From: Lingula anatina
Lineage: Eukaryota; Animalia; Brachiopoda
Direction of reading: 5' to 3'
Assembly (NCBI GenBank): GCA_051362555.1
Contig: CM120646.1
Location: 7,130,001 to 7,194,000 of the forward strand
Length of the DNA: 64,000 nt
Numbering within the stretch: the stretch's first letter is position 1; every line of letters begins with the position of its first letter. Below the pieces are notes generated by a model, which was given only the letters and a program-made list of their open reading frames with translations, had not been told where the DNA came from and did no database searches. Below, in pieces: positions 12,411 through 24,800 of this stretch. A program made the position numbers and the translations under genes.

Positions 12411-12889
12411 CTGTAATTATAGAAAAAAGGATGAAAAGACGAAAAAGGATGAAAAATGCACCCCCCCCTGCGTTTGCAGCATGGAAAAGTAGTCCTCTAG
12501 AAACCGTAGTCCGATTCCATAACTTTGCACACGTGTCGATCGTCCATTTTAAGGCAACGGATGGACATTCCGACCACGAGATCGGTATATAATAAAACTG
12601 TTTAGCAAAAGTTTTTATTTGAAAGATTATAATGGTAATGTAAATGATATTAGACAAACTCTTTATTGGCAAGTTAAGGACGTTTTGGCTTGATATTTTT
12701 TTTTTATATTACGCTCATGAAAGATGCGGGCGTTCAAATGGCCAGTTTCTTCGATGTACTGTCATCAAAATTATAAATCTTTTCAAAATATATATAACTT
12801 ATATTAAAACATCATATCTCTCTTGTGTTTTATACTTCAGTAGAGTAAACATCTGATTCGAACCTGTACCTATTTTGGCAATGTACATG

Positions 12890-13480
12890 TACATAATTTG
12901 GTACCTTAGGAAGAATTTTAGGTTGCACGATGAGATTGCCGGTTCACACAGAAGACTTTTAATAACAGATAACTTACAGAACCAAGGGAAGGAGCTGCGA
13001 ACAAAATCGCCATTTTTTAACCGAATAGACAATACCCGGCATGTGGGTAGATCATTACTTGCTGAATCAACGGTCTGCATGTCCTACAACAAAACTGAAC
13101 CAAATTGGACAAGTTTTGACTGTTGGCTGGAATTCTATTCCGGATTAATATCTAAAGACCTATCCTAAGATATGCCTTTCTGCTTGAAATCTCTAGTAGT
13201 AGCCAAATGAGGACAGGCGTAACAGCCACCATTAATATGACAAGACATGAGAGTCCTTCGTGCTGCGTGCAAGTCTTTTAAAGAAAATAATTTGAAAAAT
13301 ATGGAGATCCAAACTATCGCTTTCAATGGTTGTCGTATAACTCGGAATAGGTAATGTATTTTTGTTTGCTTCACTGGCGAATTCAATGACATGAAAGAGA
13401 TTATTAAAAGTTATTAAAACACGATTTTAATCCTTACTTTCATTTATCAGTCAGTAAAATAGGAAAGAAAACTGATGAAT
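12890..13480 (+). mobile_element. Tc1-family fragment (family B) in intron 2 of VWD copy 2
   Basis: Homologous to ~54940-55540. Decayed DNARPH...SPDLNPIE-like region (RLHDEIAGSHR...KSPFFNRIDN). Confidence 0.65.
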
Positions 13481-13615
13481 TATATAATATTTACTGCACA
13501 AAATTTTAAATATTGAATAAAAACACGCAACAAAAATGACGTTAATTAATGCGCGCAACGATGTTGCACAGTATAGCATAAAGAAACTACCTTTAAATAG
13601 GAAGAGCTGTATACG

Positions 13616-13645
<30 letters not shown>

Positions 13646-13647
<2 letters not shown>

Positions 13648-13926
13648 TCAAAGTGTACGTTCCTGTGAACGTGCTCTTGTAATTGACGGTAACGCTACTC
13701 TTCCAGCAGCCAAATTTTACAGCTTTCAATCGGGTCTTCGGGCCGCCATTGAAGAATTCGTGCCTTGTCAACACATACCACATTCTACATCTAGGGAGGC
13801 CTATTTTCAAACGAGGCATTGCCATAAAGCCGATATAATCAGGACTGGTGTTGTACCTGAACTGCCTTTTATCGCAAGTCAAATAGCGGATATCGCCGTG
13901 GGCATGGCAATAACAGATGCCAAAAT
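13646..13926 (-). CDS. Secreted single-VWD-domain protein, copy 2, exon 2 (VWD N-terminal half)
   Basis: Acceptor ccattccag| at 13926, donor |gtaag after 13646; 281 nt, phase 1 to 0. CHAHGDIRYLTCD matches the VWD CxxxGDPHYxTFD motif. Confidence 0.85.
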
Positions 13927-15547
13927 CTGGAATGGATAAGTAATAGGAGAAGTTTATCAGCAGAGATCATACGGTTACGGTGCATTTGTGCGATCTACAT
14001 TATTATCATTTAACTGGGATGAAATCTTTCATAAAAAGTTTAACTAGAAAATCACTCAGAGAATATACATGTATACACACTTTTCTAAGTAAGACTAATT
14101 CTGATTTATACGGGATGTTATATCGAAATCAGACGAATGCATTGTTAGTTTGTTTCTACTAATACCCAATGGTTGCGCTCTGAAACTCTAATGGTCAAGG
14201 AGGAAATGTAAATTGGAAATTGAAATGTAAAAAAATAGGATCATCCACTAAAATACTTTTGGTCAGCCCCGACTAGTAAATGTTCTCAGATGTCACAGCT
14301 ACCGGTAATTTCCATAGAATTAATAAACTTTTAAATCCAGAACCTCATATTTAACTGTAAGTAAGGGTAAAGTTATCCATATCATTTAATCATTAGTGGT
14401 CACTGTCACTGCACCATTGTCATACAGTCAGCCAAAGTCCCCGGACCATGGTCTCATGGTCTACTATCACCGAATTTAGTAAAAATGTCAAGGAATACCG
14501 TCACAGTCAAAGTAGGAAGATCGTAACGTCCGTCAGGAAAATTAGATACCCGTCTTTGTATAAACTTGAAAAAAATTGAACCGTGAATTCTAGTATACTT
14601 TTGATAAGCATATGTCGACCAATGGCCACTTGATTGTACCTGTACAGATTGTACTCTATTTTGTATTACAACTGTTTGTGTCGTACCGGCGTATTCTGTG
14701 CAAACACAATGATCGCTTCATCGACCGGTAGGGTAATGCTAACCCGACAAAAGCAATCTTGAATTATGTTGTAACATGTAAGGATCATTTGTAAGTGGTA
14801 AAGTAGTTTTGAATTGGAATAAGGGCCCGTTTCCAACTGATTCATTTCTTAATTAAGGTCAGATGATCTGTCACAGCACACACCCACTGCAAATGTTACA
14901 TGTAAAGAGGAGCCTACGGCAAACATGCCGAAAAACGGATTTTCATGAGTCTGTCTTTAAACGCTTTATGAAAAAAAGTTATCTGAAGATAACAACAATT
15001 TGAATCCTTATCCTCCAAACTTGTAACTGCAAAGTTGAATTAACAAATTCGCCAATCTGCGGTTTATAGGAAATTCAAACAACCGCCGACAATTACGACT
15101 TTACCGACCACTGACGTAAATCTCGCTCGCTTACCTTTTTATTACGCTCCTTACACGTTTGTTTATTATTAGGTATTACATTTATGACAAAGTCGTGTTT
15201 GTAATTCGGGCTAACCAGTCTTGAAGCCCCTTTCTTTCTCTTTTTTATTGCTAACTCCAGCAACGTAAGCTTTTATAAATAGATAACAAAGAAAATGTTT
15301 TACATTTACATGTATCACCCACCAGCAATCCAAATATTTTTATCTTAAAATTTCAACATAACATCTCTAATAAAAACCTTTGAGTGGATCTAAACACCTT
15401 GTTCCGGCCAATATACCCAATACAGACAATGCATGCATTTTTTGGCTGACGGAATAACTTTTCTTTCCTGAGGATTAATATGAAAAATTATATTTAATTC
15501 AATGTTTTTTCAACGGTGATTATAAAACTGCTTATATCATTACTTAC

Positions 15548-15746
15548 AGTAACAAGGCAGATGTATAGCGGGAAAGAAACAGTCCCCATAGTAGTCTTGC
15601 TCTGCGGTTGTCAGCGAGTTCCACATGTCATTAAATGCAACTGATATGTTCTGTTCTTCCGGGGTAAGCTGAGCCTGGACAGAAACAAAAGCTACCATTG
15701 CCACAGCAAGGAACATAAGCACGGCCACGTTTCTGTCCCCTGTCAT
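15548..15746 (-). CDS. Secreted single-VWD-domain protein, copy 2, exon 1
   Basis: ATG 15746, signal peptide, donor |gtaagt. Exons 199+281+339 = 819 nt give an uninterrupted 272-aa ORF. Confidence 0.85.
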
Positions 15747-15796
15747 CTTCAAGCTGGAGTCTTTCTGGCACTTGTGTTCAAGGAGAGGTGCACAAC

Positions 15797-15894
15797 AACT
15801 GATATTTTCTCTCCTCCACCCATCTTATATATTCATTTTTAAGTGGGCGTGTAGACCGCCTTCGCCACGGTGGCATACAAAGCGAGCGCATGCG
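15797..15894 (-). promoter_or_regulatory. Core promoter of VWD gene copy 2
   Basis: TATATAAG 15831-15824, TCAGTT 15802-15797 (31-nt spacing), GCGCATGCG 15886-15894. Confidence 0.7.
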
Positions 15895-18049
15895 TCTTAA
15901 TTGACACAACTGTGCCTCGTCTCTTTTTGAAGCGTTTGCAGAAAATCGTTATTTCAAGTATGTTGATAGCGTTTTCATAAATTCTGCTTGAAAATCAATG
16001 TCGATGTCTCTCAAATTACCAGACCAACATTTTCAAAGTCCAGTTGTGTCACTGTTTAACAATCTAAAGATTTTAGGCAACGATCTATTTTAAATGTTCC
16101 TAAATGATGTGCGATGGTGATCGGTAACATAAATGACCAAATTTCCCAGCTGAAACCCCTTTACTGTTCAGACTATATTATTCAAGTAGAGTCACCATAA
16201 ACTCTAACATGCATGTAAGATTACGGGGGTCACTGTCGTTGTTTCAGAAATCGATAATGCCAATTTTTTATACGTGTTTATCAAACATCCATGTAAGAAT
16301 GGCCTGATCATAGAGTTTTTCTGAAATATTCGATATTTAGATTGTGGATAAGAGACGGCAATATAATCTTCACTCCAGTTTTATCTCAACGCAGTAAAAA
16401 TTGAACGAAAATCCATATTTTCTAGCCACACTTAATTGACATCATTTATTCAAATCATCGGAGACAGCGAAATGCATGAGTAGGCAGAAACTGCGCAATA
16501 AATTGAAATGCGTAATATTTATCTAGTCAGTCGAGAAAATTTTGCTGGTACCGGTGACTTTTTTCAAGTTTAATTAAACGTCTTTATTTTTATCCACCTT
16601 CGATGACAGTCTTCATTTACATTAAAAAAGAATGAAGTCAAGGCCAAAAAAACTGACAAAATGAGGCCATGCAATCATGCAGCATGACCGCTTTGATTTT
16701 CCATACATTTCAAACACGCTTCTTAGCTTTTGCCAAGCTGTATGATTGTACCTAACACTGTACTGGATTATGATTGAAATAATTTTAATGTAACACAAAG
16801 AGCTGCGTGTTAAATATTAATGTGATGCGTTGAAACCAACACCTCAGTTAATTGGTATCATCAGCACAGAAGAATTTTAATCAAACATTTATTTGTATTT
16901 TGAGTAACACAGAAGGGTCCGCGCTCCTTACTTCTAGCTGTCACTCTTCTTAGTGCCCTTGGGAAACTTAACAAGACGTCTTTGGCCACCCACAGTTTTT
17001 ATAGCATCTTTCTTCGTATGGAATGAACTTTTTATTAAGCGCTTATCCTTCAAATTAAAAGATGTGATACCATACGGAAGACAAGACACCGCACAAAAAT
17101 ACTGAATATTTCAAAACGTAGTGGTTTGTTGGTTAGCAAAAAAGATGCAGATACAGATAAATCAACAGGAAAGGAATTTGCTGCAAACTCACTCCACATT
17201 GAGTTTATTTTTCACATTTTGTTAAACTGAAAAATCGCCATTTTTAAGAATACTGTTGTTAAAAAATACAGCTATCCCTAATTTGCAAGAGGTTTCAAAC
17301 ACAGGAGGATCCCAACACCACAGGTACATGTAAATGTACCCCCTCCCCCCAACAATTCCGTGATTCCCTTTCAAAATACTTAGTTATTTGTGATGTTAAG
17401 GCCTTGAGTCAGACCTCATATTTTGACAACTAATCACTAAAACACCGATGGTTCTTCTAGTGAGCTGTAATTACATAGTTGATTGAGATTGTGACTCTCC
17501 AGTTTCTTACGTGCATCAAGAAGGTTTTTCGGAATGTCTTTTTTAGCGTGCTCCAGCACAAGGTGTGCCAGAGTGTTGAAATAACAAGACTTACCTACCT
17601 TTTTATATAGCAAACAAATCTCTCCGCAAAATAACGTATTTGAGATAGGGAATTAACACGACGACATTTCTTAGACTCCATCTTTCCATCTTAACTGTAC
17701 TTTCTATATTAATTTCAGTCAGCAGATAGTTAACCCAGCAAATTAAGTCATGGGTTTTGCAAGGAGCCATGTCATTGGACGGATATTTTTTAGGTTATCG
17801 TAATGCGTTCATAGCAGACCAATGACAGAATACGTATAATCATCAACATTTCCTTCTAAGAACCTTAAGAACACTCAGCCAGCAGATAGCTTACCTAGCC
17901 AAGCCATGGGTTTTGCAAGGAGCCATGTCATTGGACGGATAGTTTTAGGTTATCGTAATGCGTTCATATCAGACAAATAACAGCATACGTATAATCATCA
18001 ACATTTCATACTAAGATCCTTTCAATTTCTAAGTTCTTTTTAAAACATC

Positions 18050-19116
18050 AATATTATAAAACACATCGGGCGTCCCTACAGCGAGCGGCAACAACACTTA
18101 TTTGCCTTTGAATTTCACTCGTATTTATCATTTAAGTTAGATACACCTCTCAGCTTCACTAATGGTAATATAATAAAAGTCTATAGACTGTGCGGGGCTT
18201 TTTCCAAACATACAACGTAGCATGTAGTCGTTGTTCACACTTGCACGCCTTCGTAATAGGGCCATCAAGTAAAATATGGGGATAGGCTACCCTCTACCAG
18301 GGCGGCAGATATTATAGGCACATTTTCCATTTATAGTTAGAAGATTGACCATTTTAACCAGCGACATTATCTGTGAATATCTAGTGAAAAATCAATCAGT
18401 GGAGCTGGTAGAGGTTATGGATAAGCACACTGAAAATAGGAAAAACATCAACTGTAAGTAATGAACACAAACGCCAACCTCCTCCCTACAATTCTTAGAA
18501 GGGCCTTTTAAAACTGGGTAGTACCCGTGTTGCGCGTCTGCGGTCACCGAGTTTCTGTTACCGACCAAACGACCACGAAGACGGGCCAACCAGTTAGCAG
18601 ATAGTAAGTGAATAACTAAGGCCATGGCGTGTTTTCCTTTATATAGATACTCATCAATCGTCTGATCAGTTAAGGGGTTTATGCCCACAAGGGGTGGTTT
18701 TGAACTCAATGGTGATCCAAATAGATACATGTACCTCTCTCATATGCAGGTATGGGTCCTCTAAAAGCCGATCAATAAACAACAATAATAATAATAAAGC
18801 AATAAACTCGATCAGCGACACTACAATTAAGTAATAATAATGTCGCCTACACATTAATTGAGAACATTGAAACTTTATGGAATCTTTTTTGGCATTATCT
18901 TCAAACTGTGTTAAGTAACTTGTTTTGGCCATTTGAAAAAAGGTACGTTCCAGGTATTTAAACGTATGTACATAGACCCGTATATGGAGCGGGTTTAGAA
19001 AAAATATTTTTTCTTGGCTGAAATCTGCACTGTACCCTGTGGCTTTGGTAAAAGATGAGCAGTTGTATTTAATATGAACGCACCCTGGCCATTTCCGAAG
19101 CCAACAGGACAAAAAT

Positions 19117-19147
<31 letters not shown>

Positions 19148-19200
19148 GTGTAAAAATAAACCATCTTCAACATTATTCTGTTATTTTCTCCGCAACAGTG
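18050..19200 (-). pseudogene. Probable decayed single-exon rhodopsin-class GPCR, unit 2
   Basis: Ordered motif-like fragments across frames: CPVGFGNGQGAFIL (TM1 GN), ADFS (TM2), MCRRHYYYLIVVSLIEFIALLLLLLFIDRLL (TM3 Cys...DR), YYLLTGWPVFVVVW (TM4), LAFVFITYS (TM5). Span ~1.1 kb. Confidence 0.4.
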
Positions 19201-19503
19201 TTGAACCATTCCTCGCTTTACTTAAACGTCTATTCAACATAATTTCACACTAAAGATTTGTAAGTCATTTATACGGTAACTACGCAGCAGTGGAGTATTT
19301 GTGTTTTTACACGTTGTCCTATAGCAGCATAAGCTCTGCACAGCACAAATCAAGGTGAAGCAATTCCACATTTGGCTGAAATATACGTAATGTTAATGAA
19401 AAGGTCTCAAACATGGGCAACATGCCATGAGTTTGTGTGAGATCATTTCTTAAATTTTATTTGTCCTATTATTATATTCCCCATTACTTACAGTTTACAC
19501 CAG

Positions 19504-20457
19504 GGCCCGGTTTCATCAAGGCTGGATAGGCTATCCTATGGATAACACTATCCAAGGTATAAATTTCTTATTCTCTCTATAGTTATCCTCTGTATAAATT
19601 TGTGTTTCACAAAGGCTGGATAAACAGCATGATAGTAATCCAGTGGATAAAAATTTATCCAATACCATATTTAGAAAGAGACATTCCCATAATGCAGTTG
19701 GTTGCTATAAACATTATAAAAGCCATGATAGTTGCTAACAAAAAAGTGATCTATACCATATTTGGAAAATAAATTACCCATGATAAACAAAATTCTAAGT
19801 ATATTTCAAGATGATACATTCATTAAAATATTGGGACTAATATCTACAGCATATTTTAGTGTCAGTGTCAAAAACACATCACATTGCATTAGTTGTGCCT
19901 CATGTAATGTTTACAATTTGCAGTTGAAGGGCAAGGTCGTGACATACTTTCTAACAAAATGGCTGACTTGGCAAGTTTGGCAGATTATGTATTATAATAG
20001 CAGTATAGAGTTTTTTCATCAATATAAAAGGTATGTTTTAGTAAAATAAAAGATAATTTATCTCACGGAGATTGCATGGGTTCTGTTCGTAGCAGGCGCG
20101 ATGTCAACTTTGATCAAGTCTGTTATGTAATCTATTGATTCAGTATCATTCAAAGCATCAAAAGCAAACACACATCTTTTTAAATTCTCTTTCTAATTAT
20201 TCTTCTCCTTTGAAATCTCAAAGGATTTACTGTCAAACCAAGCAGGTTAGCCATTTTTGATGTTTTAACAGCATAATAGCAGGTTTATCCCACCTATTTC
20301 GAGCGGACAACTTTATCCTTTGGATAAGCTGATTTGTCTCCTGGATAACGCTATCCACTGTTGATGAAACACGCTATCCTCTGGATAGCTCTATCCAGAG
20401 GATAGCAGCCATATTTATCCATAGGATAGCACTATCCAGCCTTGATGAAACCGGGCC
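19504..20457. mobile_element. Non-autonomous PIF/Harbinger-like element (954 bp)
   Basis: TIR GGCCCGGTTTCATCAAGGCTGGATAG at both ends and 3-bp TSD CAG. Empty site tttacac-cag-gtcttcag in unit 1 (~6510); unit 3 also lacks it. Confidence 0.85.
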
Positions 20458-22029
20458 CAGGTCTTCAGTTAATCCCTCAAACCTTTAACAGTATCGTTGT
20501 TAAATACGCTTCAAAGATTTAGATGTTGCCCGTGCTATAAGCATTTGCAATGGTACATATATCATCAGTTGAAAACGACATCTCTACTAAATTGAAAGGC
20601 AGGAGGGACCATTCGTTGTGTATAAATCAGCTGGCTCAATAGAGAACAGCATTAGCGTGGTGTAAGTTTAACTTAACCAGCTTTTAAATTATTCTTCTTA
20701 AGACACTTATAATTAAGCAAAGTGTGAAATCAACTAAGAAAATAATTTCACCCCATACTGGTATCCATGCATACGCTAGCATAGAATAATGAATGACCCC
20801 TTAGTGCAACGGAAAGGCAAACCGTTTCTTTTTAAAAAATCTCATTCATACGACCTGTTCTTCCAGAGTGCGGGTTGCCTTAGAAGTTGGTTATAAACCA
20901 CATCAGCTGAACAACAAGGAGAAGCTTATATAGAGATAATCATATGTACTTCTTTTGTGAAAACAGAGAAAGAGAGTGCTGGAAATTTGGGCCTTTATTT
21001 GGACAATTATGTCTGAATCCAGCTGTGTTGTAATATAGTGGTGGCATACTGGTGATTTCATGGCCAGATTGCATTAGAAACATCATGTATGTAGCCAAAT
21101 GTTCCCAAGCACAACAAAGCTCTCTCTTTGCTCAAAAGTAAATAAGATAAGTCCATATGACTGAAAATTGTCATTTATTAATTACGTAAACTAATAAGAT
21201 ACAAAGTTACAATACTGGGGGAAATGCATATCCCCCATACTATATAACTGCCGTAATATTAAAATAATGAAGTAGGTTAATGAGTGCAACCAAAATCAAT
21301 TAAGAAAAATATTAGAAAGCACAACAGCTATTAGAGTAAAAAGTTAGCACAAATAAAAAATAAAGGCCGCCGTAGTTATATAAATTGGGGATAATCATAG
21401 ATCCCCATACTAAAGAACATTCATAATATATAATTACAAAAGCTAAGGTTAATGAGTGCAACCGACGTAAAGAAAAGTGACGAAATTATGAAAAATTATG
21501 TGAAACAGCAATGGCTATTAGAGCAAAAAGTTGGCACAAATGTAAAATAAAGACTAAAAATCTAAGTGCAAAAGGAAAGAAAAAATACAAGGGCGAAGGC
21601 AGGTGATATGGGATGGTGGAGGGTGTCCAAAAAAGAAAAAAAAAAAAAAAAAACATGACTTCTCACTTATGTAGCTCGATAGAAATAATTGAAAAAAAAA
21701 AAAAAAACATGGATCACAACAAGTAATTGTGCGTGACTAGATACACGGCGGCTGAGGTATTATAGAATCCCGGGCATCTGTCATCACCGCGCCTTGCTCA
21801 ACTACCTAAAGGTCGAAATGTACAGACTGAAGCCCAAACATAGACTATTTCCTATAAACATTACGTTCATGTATAATAAACAAAATTATTACCATTAAAA
21901 ACAAAACAATCCCTACATAAATACACTTATCTTAAATATTGTTATAATATATTCGTGTTGTATTAGAAATTGTTTTGTTCATTGTGTTTTTTTCTGGTAA
22001 CTGTATTCCATTACCATTTTTCTGATATA

Positions 22030-22901
22030 CACACACTGGACAAAAGAAGTGTCACCCCCTAACTTAAAGTAATAAAAGTAGGCAGATCTTGGGTACTAGG
22101 GTCAACAGGATCTGGAACTGGACAGTTCATGACAATTGGTCCTATATATTTTTTTTCTGATGAGTGTCGCTTTGGTCTGACCTCTGATGACAGACGGATA
22201 CTATGCTGGCAAACTGCTGGTAAAGCATTTGAACCACATGCACTTAATTTTCGAACCCGGAGCAGCATATTCGTCATGGTGTGGGGCTGCATCAGCATCC
22301 ATGGCTTGGGCAAATTGATAGTGGTTAATGGAAACATGAATCACTAGAAATATATCGATGTTTTGGAGTCAGGCTTGCTACCATCTATTACTAACATGTT
22401 TGGTGACAGGAATTATCCATTTGTTCACCAGGATGACAATGCTCCTTGTCACAGGCCCAGAGCAGTTGATGATTGGTTTGACCAACAGGACATTCGCAGG
22501 GTGATGTGGCCTACCCAGAGTCCGGATGCAAACATAATAGAAAATGTGTGGAATGATATGTCAAAACTTTTTACAAATGCCCGTCTAACCAACAGAGAAA
22601 CTCTGTTATATTCAGTGTTTCATGCTTGGGCCAGCATTAGCCCTGAACGCATCAGACAATTATATGAAACCTTGCTTCGTAGACTGGCACCTATTATTAG
22701 GTCACGTGGCTATGCCACTAAGTACTAATTTTGGAATTGAAACTACATATTTTGGTAGAATGTATATTTTGTTCTCATTTTGTGATTTTTTGTGAAATTT
22801 GATTTTAATAAAATGATACCAGGAGCATATCATTCCGCAGTCATTTATCTCCCCCATAATATTGGCTCAGTAGGGGTGACACTTCTTTTGTCCAGTGTGT
22901 G
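22030..22901 (+). mobile_element. Internally deleted Tc1 transposon (family A, DD34E)
   Basis: Perfect 29-bp TIR CACACACTGGACAAAAGAAGTGTCACCCC and TA TSD. FSDECRF, VMVWGCIS, QDDNAPCH...SPDANIIENVW with 34 residues between D and E. In-frame stop after 22344; HTH missing. Confidence 0.92.
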
Positions 22902-24039
22902 TAGCACCAGATGCGCCACTCAATAAATAAAATACATTTTTTTGCATGGGCTATTTTCATTGGTTCTTTTTCTTCACGATTGTAGTAAAAATGAGATTGC
23001 AAGATTATTTTAAAGTCTGTATCGAGGACACGTGTTTACCCTGGTCCTCCATTGTTCAAGACACTTTCAGAGGCCCCCAAGGGCTATACAAATGGATGAG
23101 CAACATGTCGCAAGGACAGGGTTGTAGCCAGTAAGAAGGCATGCATGGTTTAAGCCAGATACAACATTCACCGAATTGTACTTGAAATACTACATGTACA
23201 TACTATAGCCCGGAGACTCGTATTGTTTCTATCACTTTTTTTTGTCTTTGCCAAGCTTCAATTTTGAATCAAGGTCTGTTTTTCCCCACATGATTCCAAT
23301 ACCTCTAACGTCATTCGACATTTCAAAGACTTGACCTGTCACATAAACAATGGACAAAACAAAAAATTGAAAGATGCAGAGGTTAATGTGCTTAGCCGAG
23401 AGTATTGGTTGGTTAAAAAAGATATATATACTCAAGTTTAGTTTAAAAAAAAATGAAAAATTATGTTTCTTTGAAGACCAAGGCCATTCAGACAAATATT
23501 ATTTTGATTTTCATTTCTAAAACAACACATTTAATGGTCTTTAAATTTTCAACTACTAAAGTTTGAATTGATCTTTCTATGTATCTCAGTAAAATATTTT
23601 CAAATTTTCACTTATCAGATAAAGGACAATGAAATGACTGACTTTAGGATTAGCATTTTAAATCTTTGTCTCCTTTTCATGCAGCAACAAAGATTTTACT
23701 GGATTGAGCACTGAACTGAACTGGCAGAAGGCGACAAACTTGTAATTAATTATATACAACAACGGTGCAAATTCCCTTGTAAATCCCATCTTCGTAACAT
23801 TTCTATAACTATTCCGTATCAAAAGGTAATTTTGCGTTGTTGCATGATTACCACAAGTCCATTGCATAATACTCGTAGATTAATTACTTTCTGACGTTTG
23901 CAAAGTGGCTTACGATTTTAAAGATGTGTTAAAAGTGTCAAATTGGCAAGATCGTTCAGGTTGTCCGAGAAGCCTGACTTCAAAGATCTATACGAGAGAT
24001 CTATGCGAACAAGAAAGATTTATACGAACAAATGACTTG

Positions 24040-24800
24040 AGTCAATATTTGGAGTGGATACCACATTGGTGCCAATACAACAATAGCAGTCATCGATGAA
24101 AACCTGAACCACATCAAATAAAGGAATAATCTGGGAAATACATTACTATCATTTGATAGGGGGCAACTTGGGAACAATTTTAGGTTGCACGGTGAGTTTG
24201 CCGGTTCAAACAGAACACTTTTAATAGCAGATTACTTACAAAACCAAGGGAATGAGCAGCTACCTTGATCATCGCAATCCTCATATTTGATCCACATAGA
24301 CAATATGTGAGTAGGTCATTACTCGCCGAATCAACGGCCTACATCTCCTACAGCAAAACTGAACCAAATTGGACAAGTTTTGATCGATGCCTGGATTGTT
24401 ATTTCAGATTAAAGTCTAAAAACCTATCCCAAGGAATGCCTTGCCGCTTGAGAGCCCCGGTAGCAGCCAGATGAGATCAAGCGTAACGGCGACTGTTGCT
24501 GTGACTAGGCACTGACATGAGGTTCTTTGTGGGGAGTCTTGCTCTTTTACAGATGCTAATATAGAAAATATGGAGATCACAAATTCGCTATTTAATGGTT
24601 GTAGTATAACTTAGAATAGGTAATGTATTTTTGTTTGCTTCACAGGTGAATTCAACTAATGAACTGATGTCACTATGACATCAAAATAATTATAAAAAAT
24701 TATTAAAACACGATTTTAATCCTTATTTTCATTTATCATTAGCAAAATAGGAAAAAAAACTGATGAAAAATGATTTGAAAAAAAATCCATATTATATGTA
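24040..24800 (+). mobile_element. Tc1-family B partial copy
   Basis: Aligns by eye to ~54815-55560. Confidence 0.65.
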
